Shown here piece after piece: positions 25,148 through 32,000 of a DNA stretch of 32,000 nt. Numbering within the stretch: position 1 is the first letter of the stretch; the number at the start of each line of letters is the position of its first letter. A program made the position numbers and the translations under genes. The stretch is from contig NZ_BCZP01000006.1 of assembly GCF_001598795.1 (NCBI RefSeq), forward strand, positions 60,001-92,000, given 5' to 3'. A model generated the notes under the pieces. It was given only the letters and a program-made list of their open reading frames with translations, was not told the origin of the DNA and did no database searches. This DNA is from Delftia acidovorans NBRC 14950 (GTDB lineage: Bacteria; Pseudomonadota; Gammaproteobacteria; Burkholderiales; Burkholderiaceae_C).

Positions 25148-27414
25148 GCGGAACCTCCGGGGGGTTTCTTGTCAAGACTTGCGCAAACAGGATGCGACAA
25201 CGTGCTGTGCCCCGTGGCAAACCGTTCGCTTTGTTCCTTCTTGCGCAAGTCGTACTTGTGGATGGGCTCGGCGCCTATCAGCTTGCCGGCCAGCATGGCG
25301 AATTCTCTATCACCATCGAGTGTCTTGCGATTGGTGGACAAGGCCATTTCGGCATGGCTTTCCCCATCGCGGGGCGTGAGCCAGATCCAGAGGCGGCGGT
25401 CGCGCACGTACAGCATGCAGAACACGCCGATGATGAGGAACAGGCAGCCCAGATACACCACGTTCTTGCCCGGGGCGCGTGCCACCTGGAAGACGCTGGC
25501 CTGCACCTGCTTGAAGTCCTGCAGCATGAAGACCATGGGCATGGGGTAGAACTGCGCATCGCTGAGCGAGAACACGGCCTGGGTCATGAAGGACTGCGTC
25601 TGCTCGCTGGGCTCCAGTGGCGCCTGGCCCGCCTGCGTGCGCACGATCTGGGCCAGCTCGAACAGCACGCCGTTGAGAATGCGCACCAGCACCTCGCCCG
25701 CGCGTTCGCGCTCGGCGGCCGGCACATTGCTTTCCATGAAGTCCGAGATGGCCTGCAGCCCGCCCAGCGGCTTGCCGTCCGGCCCCTTCTTGTCGGTCTG
25801 GCCCGCGAACAATTCCAGCGCCTTGGTGGCCGACTGCGCCAGCGCGCCACTGAGTTCGGCACGCGAGGCGTCGATGGCCTTGGCCACATAGGCCTTGGCC
25901 GCCTGCTCGCGCAGCCTGGGGTCCTGCAGCGCGCTGCGCAGGCGCAGGAAGGTGTCCATCTCGCTTTCGGGATCGGCGGGAATGCGCAGGTAGCGCATGG
26001 CATCGGCCTGGTTGTCGCGCACGCCCAGCAGGAACACGCGCTGGCCGTCGCCCGTGTCCACGGGCAGCATGTAGTTCTGGAACTCGCGCGCCTGGCCCGA
26101 GGCATCGCGCAGCTTGTAGCGGATGCTGGGACCGATGTTGCGCAGCTCCTTCTTGGTCACGGTCTTGTGGGCCGCGCCCAGACGCTCGTCGATGGCCTGC
26201 TTCAGGTCCACCTTGCGCACATCGGTGCCGCTGCCATTGGCCCCGCCGCCACCGCCGAAGTTCTCCACGTTGATAGTGCGCAGTTCGGCAAACTCCAGCG
26301 TCACTGTCTCGTCCTTGCCGTCCGGAAGCTTGCGCACGAACTGGTCCGATCCGCCGATCACGCCCTCGACATCAAAGGGCTTGGCTCCCGCCTCCAGCGG
26401 CACGGCGCGCAGCTTCACCGACGAGCCGCCGTCGTCAAAGCTGGACTGGTAGATCTCGATGCCACGGTAGCTGGCCGGGTGGTTGACCTCGATGCGTTTT
26501 TCCACCTTCTCGCCCGTGGCCTTGTCGTGGATGACGACCTCGCTGGCAAACAGCTTGGGCATGCCCGTGGAGTAGTACTCCACGATGAATTTCTTGAGTT
26601 CCACCGCAAAGGGCAGCTCCTGCAGCAGCACGCCGTCGGACTGCGACAGGATGGCCGTGCCTGCCGTGCCGCCTTCGGTCACCAGCAGGTTGCCTCGGAA
26701 GGTGGGGTTGCGCTCGCTCAGCCGGTGCTGTTCGGACACCTCGGAAATCAGGCCACCGCCGGTATAAGGTGTTTTGCCTCCCAGCCACATCTGCGCGCGC
26801 ACGATGAGGTCGCCATCGAACAGCCCGCCCAGGCAGATCAGCACGATGGCGCTGTGGGCCGCGATATAGCCCAGCTTGTGGGCCGCGCCCGCCTTGGCCG
26901 CCAGCATCCAGCCCGTGCCGGGACCGGCCGCCGTATCGCGCTGCTGCAGCCGCACCTTCCAGCCGCCCGATACCAGCTGCTGGCCCAGGCGCCTGGCGGC
27001 CTCTTCGGTGCTGCCGGGCACCACGTTCTGCGCACGGTGGCCGAAGGCCTTGAGGCTTTGTTCGCGAACGTTTTCCTTGTAGCTGCGCAGATCGGCCAGG
27101 TACTTGGGCGCATGGCGTGCCACGCACAGCGAGGTGCTGATCACCAGAAAAGCCAGGATCAGCAGGAACCACCAGGCGCTGTAGACCGCATTGAGCTTGA
27201 GCGCGAGGAACAGCTGGGCCCAGAAAGGCCCGAACTGGTTGACGTAGTTGCCCACCGGCTCATGCTGCTTGAGCACGGTGCCTATCACCGAGGCAATGCA
27301 GATGACCGTCAGCAGCGAGATCGCGAAGCGCATCGATGCCAGCAGCTCCAGGGTCGCGCGCGCGGCCTGCGGGCGGGAGGGAGCAAGAGCGGCACCGGAA
27401 GAGTTGTCTGACAT
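25144..27414 (-). CDS. ccsB: System II cytochrome c biogenesis protein (CcsB/ResB/Ccs1 type)
   Basis: The N-terminus LELLASMRFAISLLTVICIASVIGTVL is typical of ResB. A large periplasmic domain is followed by a C-terminal transmembrane segment. It sits directly upstream of ccsA. Confidence 0.9.
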   Translation of the reverse strand: MSDNSSGAALAPSRPQAARATLELLASMRFAISLLTVICIASVIGTVLKQHEPVGNYVNQFGPFWAQLFLALKLNAVYSAWWFLLILAFLVISTSLCVARHAPKYLADLRSYKENVREQSLKAFGHRAQNVVPGSTEEAARRLGQQLVSGGWKVRLQQRDTAAGPGTGWMLAAKAGAAHKLGYIAAHSAIVLICLGGLFDGDLIVRAQMWLGGKTPYTGGGLISEVSEQHRLSERNPTFRGNLLVTEGGTAGTAILSQSDGVLLQELPFAVELKKFIVEYYSTGMPKLFASEVVIHDKATGEKVEKRIEVNHPASYRGIEIYQSSFDDGGSSVKLRAVPLEAGAKPFDVEGVIGGSDQFVRKLPDGKDETVTLEFAELRTINVENFGGGGGANGSGTDVRKVDLKQAIDERLGAAHKTVTKKELRNIGPSIRYKLRDASGQAREFQNYMLPVDTGDGQRVFLLGVRDNQADAMRYLRIPADPESEMDTFLRLRSALQDPRLREQAAKAYVAKAIDASRAELSGALAQSATKALELFAGQTDKKGPDGKPLGGLQAISDFMESNVPAAERERAGEVLVRILNGVLFELAQIVRTQAGQAPLEPSEQTQSFMTQAVFSLSDAQFYPMPMVFMLQDFKQVQASVFQVARAPGKNVVYLGCLFLIIGVFCMLYVRDRRLWIWLTPRDGESHAEMALSTNRKTLDGDREFAMLAGKLIGAEPIHKYDLRKKEQSERFATGHSTLSHPVCASLDKKPPGGSA

Positions 27415-27440
27415 GAAGAACGAAAAGCCAAAACCCGAAT

Positions 27441-27480
27441 GAAAAAAGCGGGACCATCTGCATTCATGCGATGGACCCGC
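27441..27480 (-). terminator. Terminator-like hairpin plus T6 between cytochrome c4 and ccsB
   Basis: GCGGGTCCATC ... GATGGTCCCGC (5+5 bp with one central mismatch) is followed on the minus strand by TTTTTTC. It ends 27 nt upstream of the ccsB ATG. Confidence 0.6.
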
Positions 27481-27553
27481 CTGGCTTGGGGTGTCTATAA
27501 AGCAATAGGTTCCCGGTGATTACCCTGGGAACCGCGTCGGCCCCGGGATCGCA

Positions 27554-28204
27554 TCAACGCAGGCCAGCGATGTAGTCTGCCACGGCCTTGATTTCGCGAT
27601 CGTTAAGCTTGGCAGCAACCTGCGTCATCTGAATGCTATTGCCGCGCTTGCCGTCACGGAAGGCCGTGAGCTGGGTCGTGGTGTAGTCGGCATGCTGGCC
27701 CGCCAGGCGCGGGTACTGGGCTGGAATGCCGGCGCCGTTGGGGCTGTGGCAGCCCGCGCAGGCAGCAATGTTGCGCTCCTGGATGCCGCCGCGGTAGATG
27801 CGCTCGCCCATGGCCACCAGGTCCTTGTCCTTGGCAAAGCCGTCCTTGGGCTTTTGCGTGTGCAGCCAGGCGGCGATGTTCTTCATGTCAGGCTCGCTGA
27901 GCATGCTGGCAAAGCCCTTCATCACGGGGTCCTTGCGCTTGTCGCCCTTGAACTCCAGCAACTGCTTGACCAGGTACTCGGGATGCTGGCCGGCCAGCTT
28001 GGGCTGCAGCGGGATGGTGGAATTGCCGTCGGCCGCATGGCATGCCGCGCAGACGGCGGTGTAGCTGGCCTCGCCCTTCGCCAGGTCGGCCTTGGCCGCC
28101 TTCGGCTGTGCCGAGGCAGCAGGTGCCTCGCCAGCGGAGAAAGCGGGAAAGGCGGGGGCTGCAGCAAGAATGGCAGCCGTCAGCAAAGAGGCAAGCAACT
28201 TCAT
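27554..28204 (-). CDS. Di-heme cytochrome c4
   Basis: Start ATG 28204 (MKLLASLLTAAILAAAPAFPAFS). Two CxxCH sites (CAACH, CAGCH) each have a downstream Met ligand region. Size is about 216 aa. Confidence 0.85.
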   Translation of the reverse strand: MKLLASLLTAAILAAAPAFPAFSAGEAPAASAQPKAAKADLAKGEASYTAVCAACHAADGNSTIPLQPKLAGQHPEYLVKQLLEFKGDKRKDPVMKGFASMLSEPDMKNIAAWLHTQKPKDGFAKDKDLVAMGERIYRGGIQERNIAACAGCHSPNGAGIPAQYPRLAGQHADYTTTQLTAFRDGKRGNSIQMTQVAAKLNDREIKAVADYIAGLR

Positions 28205-28247
28205 ATCGAGGGCGTGGTTCTGTTGTTGAAAGCGCAAAATTCGGCGG

Positions 28248-28257
28248 ATTCTACAAT
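28248..28257. promoter_or_regulatory. Overlapping back-to-back -10-like hexamers (TAGAAT on minus, TACAAT on plus)
   Basis: ATTCTACAAT: the minus strand gives TAGAAT (28253-28248), 44 nt upstream of the cytochrome c4 ATG. The plus strand gives TACAAT (28252-28257), facing the AT-rich non-coding island. No convincing -35 element on either side. Confidence 0.3.
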
Positions 28258-28314
28258 GGGGTCCCCTGTGATTGATATCGTCAGGAACCCTGGTTTCGCC
28301 CCTGCGCACAGAGG

Positions 28315-28376
28315 AAAACATATTCCTTGATCGTGGTCACAAACTGGCCACGGATTCGGTACTGAACATATGTTTT
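28315..28376. other. Nested inverted repeats in a non-coding AT-rich island
   Basis: The outer stem is 9 bp and perfect: AAAACATAT (28315-28323) with ATATGTTTT (28368-28376). The inner hairpin is GTGGTCA-CAAAC-TGGCCAC (28333-28351). Its one non-Watson-Crick pair is a G-U wobble only in plus-strand RNA. Confidence 0.5.
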
Positions 28377-28431
28377 TCGCAGCCCAGCATATCGATCTGT
28401 GCCAGCGCGGCAATAAGGGCTCTACCCATGT

Positions 28432-28459
28432 GGCGCGCAATACCACACCCTTGCGCGCC
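28432..28459. other. Perfect 9-bp GC-rich inverted repeat downstream of the AraC-family gene
   Basis: GGCGCGCAA (28432-28440), a 10-nt loop, then TTGCGCGCC (28451-28459). It lies 33 nt beyond the regulator stop and has no adjacent U-run. Confidence 0.5.
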
Positions 28460-28491
28460 AGATTCCGCTTCCCTACCGTTTCCTGCCCGCT

Positions 28492-29424
28492 TCAACCCGC
28501 GCCGAAGCGGCTGTCCGCCTGGCGGCGGAACTCCGAGGGCGTCATGCCCTTGATCTCCAGGAAGCGCCTGTTGAAGTTGGCCACGTTGTTGAAGCCCACC
28601 TGGTAGCAGATGTCGGCGATGAAGCTGTCGGTCTGCATGAGCAGGTGGCATGCGCTGTTGATGCGTACCCGGCTGACGAAGTCGGTGAAGCTGTTGCCCG
28701 TGGCCCGGCGGAAGAAGCGGCTGAAGCGGCTCTCGCTCATGCCCAGCTCGGCCGCCACGTCGGCCAGGCTCAGCGGCTCGCTCACGCGCGCCATGATGCG
28801 GTTGACCACCTCGTTGATCTGATCCACCTGAGCCTCGCCCTGGGCGCCCTGCATCTGCACGGCTGACAGCAGCCGGTAATCGGTGCACTCGGCAAGATCG
28901 GACAGCAGCGCGCAAAAGGCCGTGAAGCGGCGCATTCCGCGCGCACTCCTGACCGCATCCCAGTGCGCGCGCGCCGTCTGCGCCAAGCCGAAGAACTCGA
29001 TGCCATGGCGCGCACGGTCCAGCAGTTGAAGCACCTCGCGCATCTCCGGGATCTGCTCGGCCGCACGGGCGATGGGGTCGTGGTTGAAAAGAATCACGTA
29101 ATCGCGTGCAGGCGAGCCCCCATCGGGCGCATCGAACGAGATCCAGTTGTGCGGCAGGCGCGGGCCGCACAGCACGAGGTGGCCGGGCTCGAAGGGTCCT
29201 ATCCAGTCTCCCACGAAGGCGCGGCCCGAGGTGTCGGTGATGAGGTGCAGCTCGTACTCCTCATGGAAATGCCAGCGCACCAGGGGGCTTGGGAAACCAT
29301 GTGCCAGGCAGCGCACCAGGCCGCTGCCCTCCATATCCTCATAGCCCAGCGCGGGCGTCCGCACGAAATCGCGCTCCAGTTCAGGGTGACGCTGGCGGGG
29401 TGTGCGGCGGCGTGGGCTGGTCAT
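28492..29424 (-). CDS. AraC-family transcriptional regulator (MtlR-like, sugar-alcohol cluster)
   Basis: The N-terminal cupin-like sensor reads WHFHEEYELHLI...GHLVLCGPRLPHNW. The C-terminal double HTH reads LSLADVAAELGMSESRFSRFFRRATGNSF...IADICYQVGFNNVANFNRRF. I chose ATG 29424; the alternative is GTG 29469. Confidence 0.8.
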   Translation of the reverse strand: MTSPRRRTPRQRHPELERDFVRTPALGYEDMEGSGLVRCLAHGFPSPLVRWHFHEEYELHLITDTSGRAFVGDWIGPFEPGHLVLCGPRLPHNWISFDAPDGGSPARDYVILFNHDPIARAAEQIPEMREVLQLLDRARHGIEFFGLAQTARAHWDAVRSARGMRRFTAFCALLSDLAECTDYRLLSAVQMQGAQGEAQVDQINEVVNRIMARVSEPLSLADVAAELGMSESRFSRFFRRATGNSFTDFVSRVRINSACHLLMQTDSFIADICYQVGFNNVANFNRRFLEIKGMTPSEFRRQADSRFGAG

Positions 29425-29478
29425 GGCGGCGTGAAGGTTTCTGGAGAGGCCATGGGCAAACAGTATCACCAGCGGCGG

Positions 29479-30423
29479 CTATCCACCGCAATGGGCTGCC
29501 AGCGCGGCATCGAGTTCCGCGCGCCGGGGCGGCTGGGCACCGGCGCGCGTGCAGTTGAGCGCTGCGGCCGTTGCGGCAAAGCGCAGCACCTGGCGCCACG
29601 CGCTCTCGGGCAGCTCCTGCAACTGGCCCGGCTGCTCGACTCCCTGCTCCAGCAGCGCAACCGACAGCGCCGCGCCAAAGGTGTCGCCCGCGCCGATGGT
29701 ATCCACCAGTTGCACGGCCGGCGGCTGCACCGACACAGGGGCCTGTCCTTCCCGCAGCAAGGTCGCGCCGGCCGCTCCGCGCGTGAGCACCACGGCCCGG
29801 GGACCCAGCGCCAGCCAGCGCGCGGCGGCCTCCAGCGCCGGAACGCCGGGCGCGATAAAGGCCAGATCCTCATCGCTGAGCTTGACCAGGTCTGCCTGGG
29901 CCAGCCAGCCCAGGCAGTCGCGCCGGAAGGCCTGGGCATCGCGGATCAGCGTGGGCCGCACGTTCGGGTCGAAGACGATGATGCGCCGCCCGCGCTCAGC
30001 CGCCACCAGGTCCAGGATGCGCGGCCCGACAGGGGTGTGCAGCAATGCGATGGAGCCGAACTGCAGATAGCGGCATTCGGGCGGCAACTCGGGCAGCTCG
30101 GCAGGTGCCCACAGCGTGTCCGCCGTTGCCTGCGTGTAGAAGGCATAGCGGTTGGTGCCTTGCGCATGCTCGACAAAGGCCAGCGTGCTGGGCGCGTCGC
30201 AGCGCTGCACCAGGCGCATGTCCACGCCGTTGCCCTGCAGGTGCGCGAAAAGGCGTTCGCCGAAGAGATCGCGCGACAGTTGCGAGACAAAGCCCGTGGC
30301 CTGCCCGAGCCGCGCGGCGGCCACGGCGCAGTTGGCGGGCGCGCCTCCTTCATGGCCCTGGAAGGCCAGGCCGCCCGTGGCGGTGAAATCGATCAGGGCT
30401 TCGCCCGCGATGGCTATGCGCAT
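29479..30423 (-). CDS. PfkB-family carbohydrate kinase, probable fructokinase
   Basis: It has the PfkB signatures GGAPANCAVA and VDTIGAGDTFGAAL. The ATG lies 5 nt after the upstream dehydrogenase stop. Confidence 0.85.
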   Translation of the reverse strand: MRIAIAGEALIDFTATGGLAFQGHEGGAPANCAVAAARLGQATGFVSQLSRDLFGERLFAHLQGNGVDMRLVQRCDAPSTLAFVEHAQGTNRYAFYTQATADTLWAPAELPELPPECRYLQFGSIALLHTPVGPRILDLVAAERGRRIIVFDPNVRPTLIRDAQAFRRDCLGWLAQADLVKLSDEDLAFIAPGVPALEAAARWLALGPRAVVLTRGAAGATLLREGQAPVSVQPPAVQLVDTIGAGDTFGAALSVALLEQGVEQPGQLQELPESAWRQVLRFAATAAALNCTRAGAQPPRRAELDAALAAHCGG

Positions 30424-30428
30424 GCGTT

Positions 30429-31853
30429 CTACCTCGCTGCCTGTTGGACAAAAGCATGGACACGGTCTGTGGCACGGCGGACCGCCTCCACCAGATGCGG
30501 ATGGCCCGCGGCCTCACCCCACAAGGGCACTTCGGCACACAGCGCGGCCACGGGGTCGGCGGCGGCGCAGATGGCGTGCGCCACTGCGGGGTCCATGGCC
30601 TGATCCTGGTAGGCATAGGGCAGTGTGTCATGGTGCCAGCGCTGCAGAAAAACCAGGAACAGCGCCGGCAGCATGGCCACGGCATCCATGGACGCGCCCT
30701 GCGCGATGCGCTCGCGCACCGTGGGCGCGATGAAGCCCGGGATCTTGGCAAAGCCGTCGGCCGCCACGCGCTGGTTGGTGTCGCGTATCGCAGGATTGCC
30801 GAAGCGTTCCAGCACGGTGTCGCGGTAGGCCGGCAGGTCCAGGGCCGATGCCTTGCCGGGTGTTGCAAGGCAGGGAATCACGTCCTGCGTCACATAGTCC
30901 CATGCCAGCTGGCGTATCGCCGGCACGGCACTGCCTTCGTGGATGAAGCGCAGGCCCGCCAGCGTGCCGGCCCAGGCAATGCAGCTGTGGCTGGCGTTGA
31001 GGATGCGGATCTTGGCCTCCTCGTAGGGGGCCACGGAAGACACCATCTCCACGCCCACGCGCTCCCAGGGCGGACGGCCTGCGACGAAGCGGTCCTCTAT
31101 CACCCACTGTGAAAAGCTTTCGGCCGTCACGGCGGCCGCATCGTCCCAGCCCGTCGCGGCCTGCACGCGCTCGCGCAGCTCCGGCGGCGGGCGCGGGGTG
31201 ATGCGGTCGACCATGGCATTCGGGCAGCTGATGTTGTGCCCTGCCCACTCAGCCAGTTCCTGCAGTTGCGCCAGTTGCATGAAGGCCAGCAGGCCGGCCA
31301 GCAGGCGATCGCCGTTGTGGCGCAGGTTGTCGCAGCTCAGCAGTGTGACCGGGCCTGCATGTGCACAGCGGCGCAACTGCAGGATGGCGCACAGCACGCC
31401 ATAGATCGTCTCTCCGACCTGCCCCTGTCGCATGCGGCCGATGTCGGCCGCAAGCTCCGGGCTGCCGGTGTCCAGCACGCCGCTGCCATCGAGGTAGTAG
31501 CCAGCCTCGGTCACGGTGAGGGAGATGACACGTGTGCAGGGGCTGGCTCCGCGCGCGATCACGGCGGCCAGCCCGGGCGCATGGGGGATCACTTCGCGCA
31601 GGGCCTCGATGCGTTGGTAGCGCACCGATCCGCCAGGCGAAATCGTCTCCAGTGTGTAAGCCCCTCCCTGGCGCGCCAGCGCCTCCAGCGTCTGCGCCAT
31701 GTCGGAGCGCAGGTTGGCCCCCACCAGCTCCCATTGCGTATCCCCCGCATCGATCAGCCGCTGTTGATAGGCGGCCTGGTGCGCACGGTGAAAGGAACCC
31801 AGGCCCAGGTGCAGCACCGTGGGTCTGGAAAGATGCGGAACAATCGCGTTCAT
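30429..31853 (-). CDS. Mannitol dehydrogenase-family oxidoreductase, probable mannitol/polyol 2-dehydrogenase
   Basis: The N-terminal Rossmann motif is VLHLGLGSFHRAHQAAY, followed by CDNLRHNGD and VDRITP motifs of the long-chain mannitol dehydrogenase family. Adjacency to a fructokinase suggests a polyol-to-fructose pathway. Confidence 0.85.
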   Translation of the reverse strand: MNAIVPHLSRPTVLHLGLGSFHRAHQAAYQQRLIDAGDTQWELVGANLRSDMAQTLEALARQGGAYTLETISPGGSVRYQRIEALREVIPHAPGLAAVIARGASPCTRVISLTVTEAGYYLDGSGVLDTGSPELAADIGRMRQGQVGETIYGVLCAILQLRRCAHAGPVTLLSCDNLRHNGDRLLAGLLAFMQLAQLQELAEWAGHNISCPNAMVDRITPRPPPELRERVQAATGWDDAAAVTAESFSQWVIEDRFVAGRPPWERVGVEMVSSVAPYEEAKIRILNASHSCIAWAGTLAGLRFIHEGSAVPAIRQLAWDYVTQDVIPCLATPGKASALDLPAYRDTVLERFGNPAIRDTNQRVAADGFAKIPGFIAPTVRERIAQGASMDAVAMLPALFLVFLQRWHHDTLPYAYQDQAMDPAVAHAICAAADPVAALCAEVPLWGEAAGHPHLVEAVRRATDRVHAFVQQAAR

Positions 31854-31917
31854 GGTGACCAGAGGGAGATGAGGAAGAAAGGATGACTGCTCCGGGCAGC
31901 CTCTCGGAGCGAAGCGC

Positions 31918-32000
31918 TCAGGCGCCTGCCAGCGTGCGTCCCTGGCGGTCGAACAGGTGCAGTGCGCACCCGGTGTCCAGCGCGACGGACACCGCGTCGC
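31918..32000 (-). CDS. 3' end of a probable sugar ABC transporter ATP-binding protein (MalK/UgpC-like C-terminus), truncated by the window edge
   Basis: The minus-strand frame ending at TGA 31920-31918 reads ...DAVSVALDTGCALHLFDRQGRTLAGA*. The HLFD...G..L ending is typical of MalK-type regulatory domains. Only 27 codons are visible. Confidence 0.4.
   Translation of the reverse strand, partial: DAVSVALDTGCALHLFDRQGRTLAGA

Noticed and set aside
28201-28553. Small ORFs in the AT-rich island: 28201..28446 minus (81 aa) and 28272..28553 plus (93 aa, TTG start)
   Set aside because: They overlap the cytochrome c4 start or the AraC-family gene in antisense and use rare codons (several ATA). They lack an SD and have no recognisable features. 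The region is better treated as non-coding.
1-32000. A scan for CRISPR arrays, tRNA/rRNA/tmRNA genes, IS elements, prophage or defence modules (restriction-modification, toxin-antitoxin, Cas, retron-like reverse transcriptase, etc.)
   Set aside because: No spaced direct repeats, cloverleaf-like segments, transposase/integrase-like ORFs or defence-type domains were seen by eye. All intergenic gaps are under 320 bp and are accounted for by promoters, terminators or the structures listed. A computational scan (tRNAscan, CRISPR finders, defence-system HMMs) would be needed for certainty.

Overview
High-GC betaproteobacterial chromosome segment. Bug-family binding protein, gene content and synteny suggest Burkholderiales, possibly Comamonadaceae; that assignment is inference only. 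The window is almost entirely core housekeeping. Gene order: partial Bug/TctC binding protein (+); a minus-strand phosphate-starvation cluster of two tandem PhoA-family alkaline phosphatases behind a Pho-box-like promoter, followed by a His-rich secreted protein; a divergent MBL-fold hydrolase (+); a long minus-strand block of SAM-methyltransferase, DUF1415-like protein, dGTPase-like HD protein, aroB, aroK, an Ig-like lipoprotein and pilQPONM; divergent PBP1A (+); cyaY (-) against lptM-like lipoprotein (+); a flavodiiron-like MBL-fold protein (+); msrQ and msrP (-); ccsA and ccsB/resB (-); cytochrome c4 (-); and a mannitol/fructose cluster (-) of AraC regulator, PfkB fructokinase, mannitol dehydrogenase-family enzyme and the 3' end of an ABC ATPase. 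I found no tRNA, rRNA, CRISPR array, transposase, integrase or recognisable defence system. The many long ORFs opposite the annotated genes are GC-driven shadow ORFs. The most unusual element is a 1.6 kb low-GC gene for an Ig-like, EF-hand-loop-bearing lipoprotein. It sits between pilQ and aroK, is wired to its neighbours by start/stop proximity, and carries a G8 homopolymer right after the lipobox codon. It is a candidate undescribed type IV pilus or secretin accessory or adhesin, but the function is inference only. The other observations are modest: a His-rich protein after the phosphatases, an AT-rich structured non-coding island, overlapping divergent and convergent gene ends, and internal terminators. 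All calls rest on reading the translations and DNA by eye; no database search was run.
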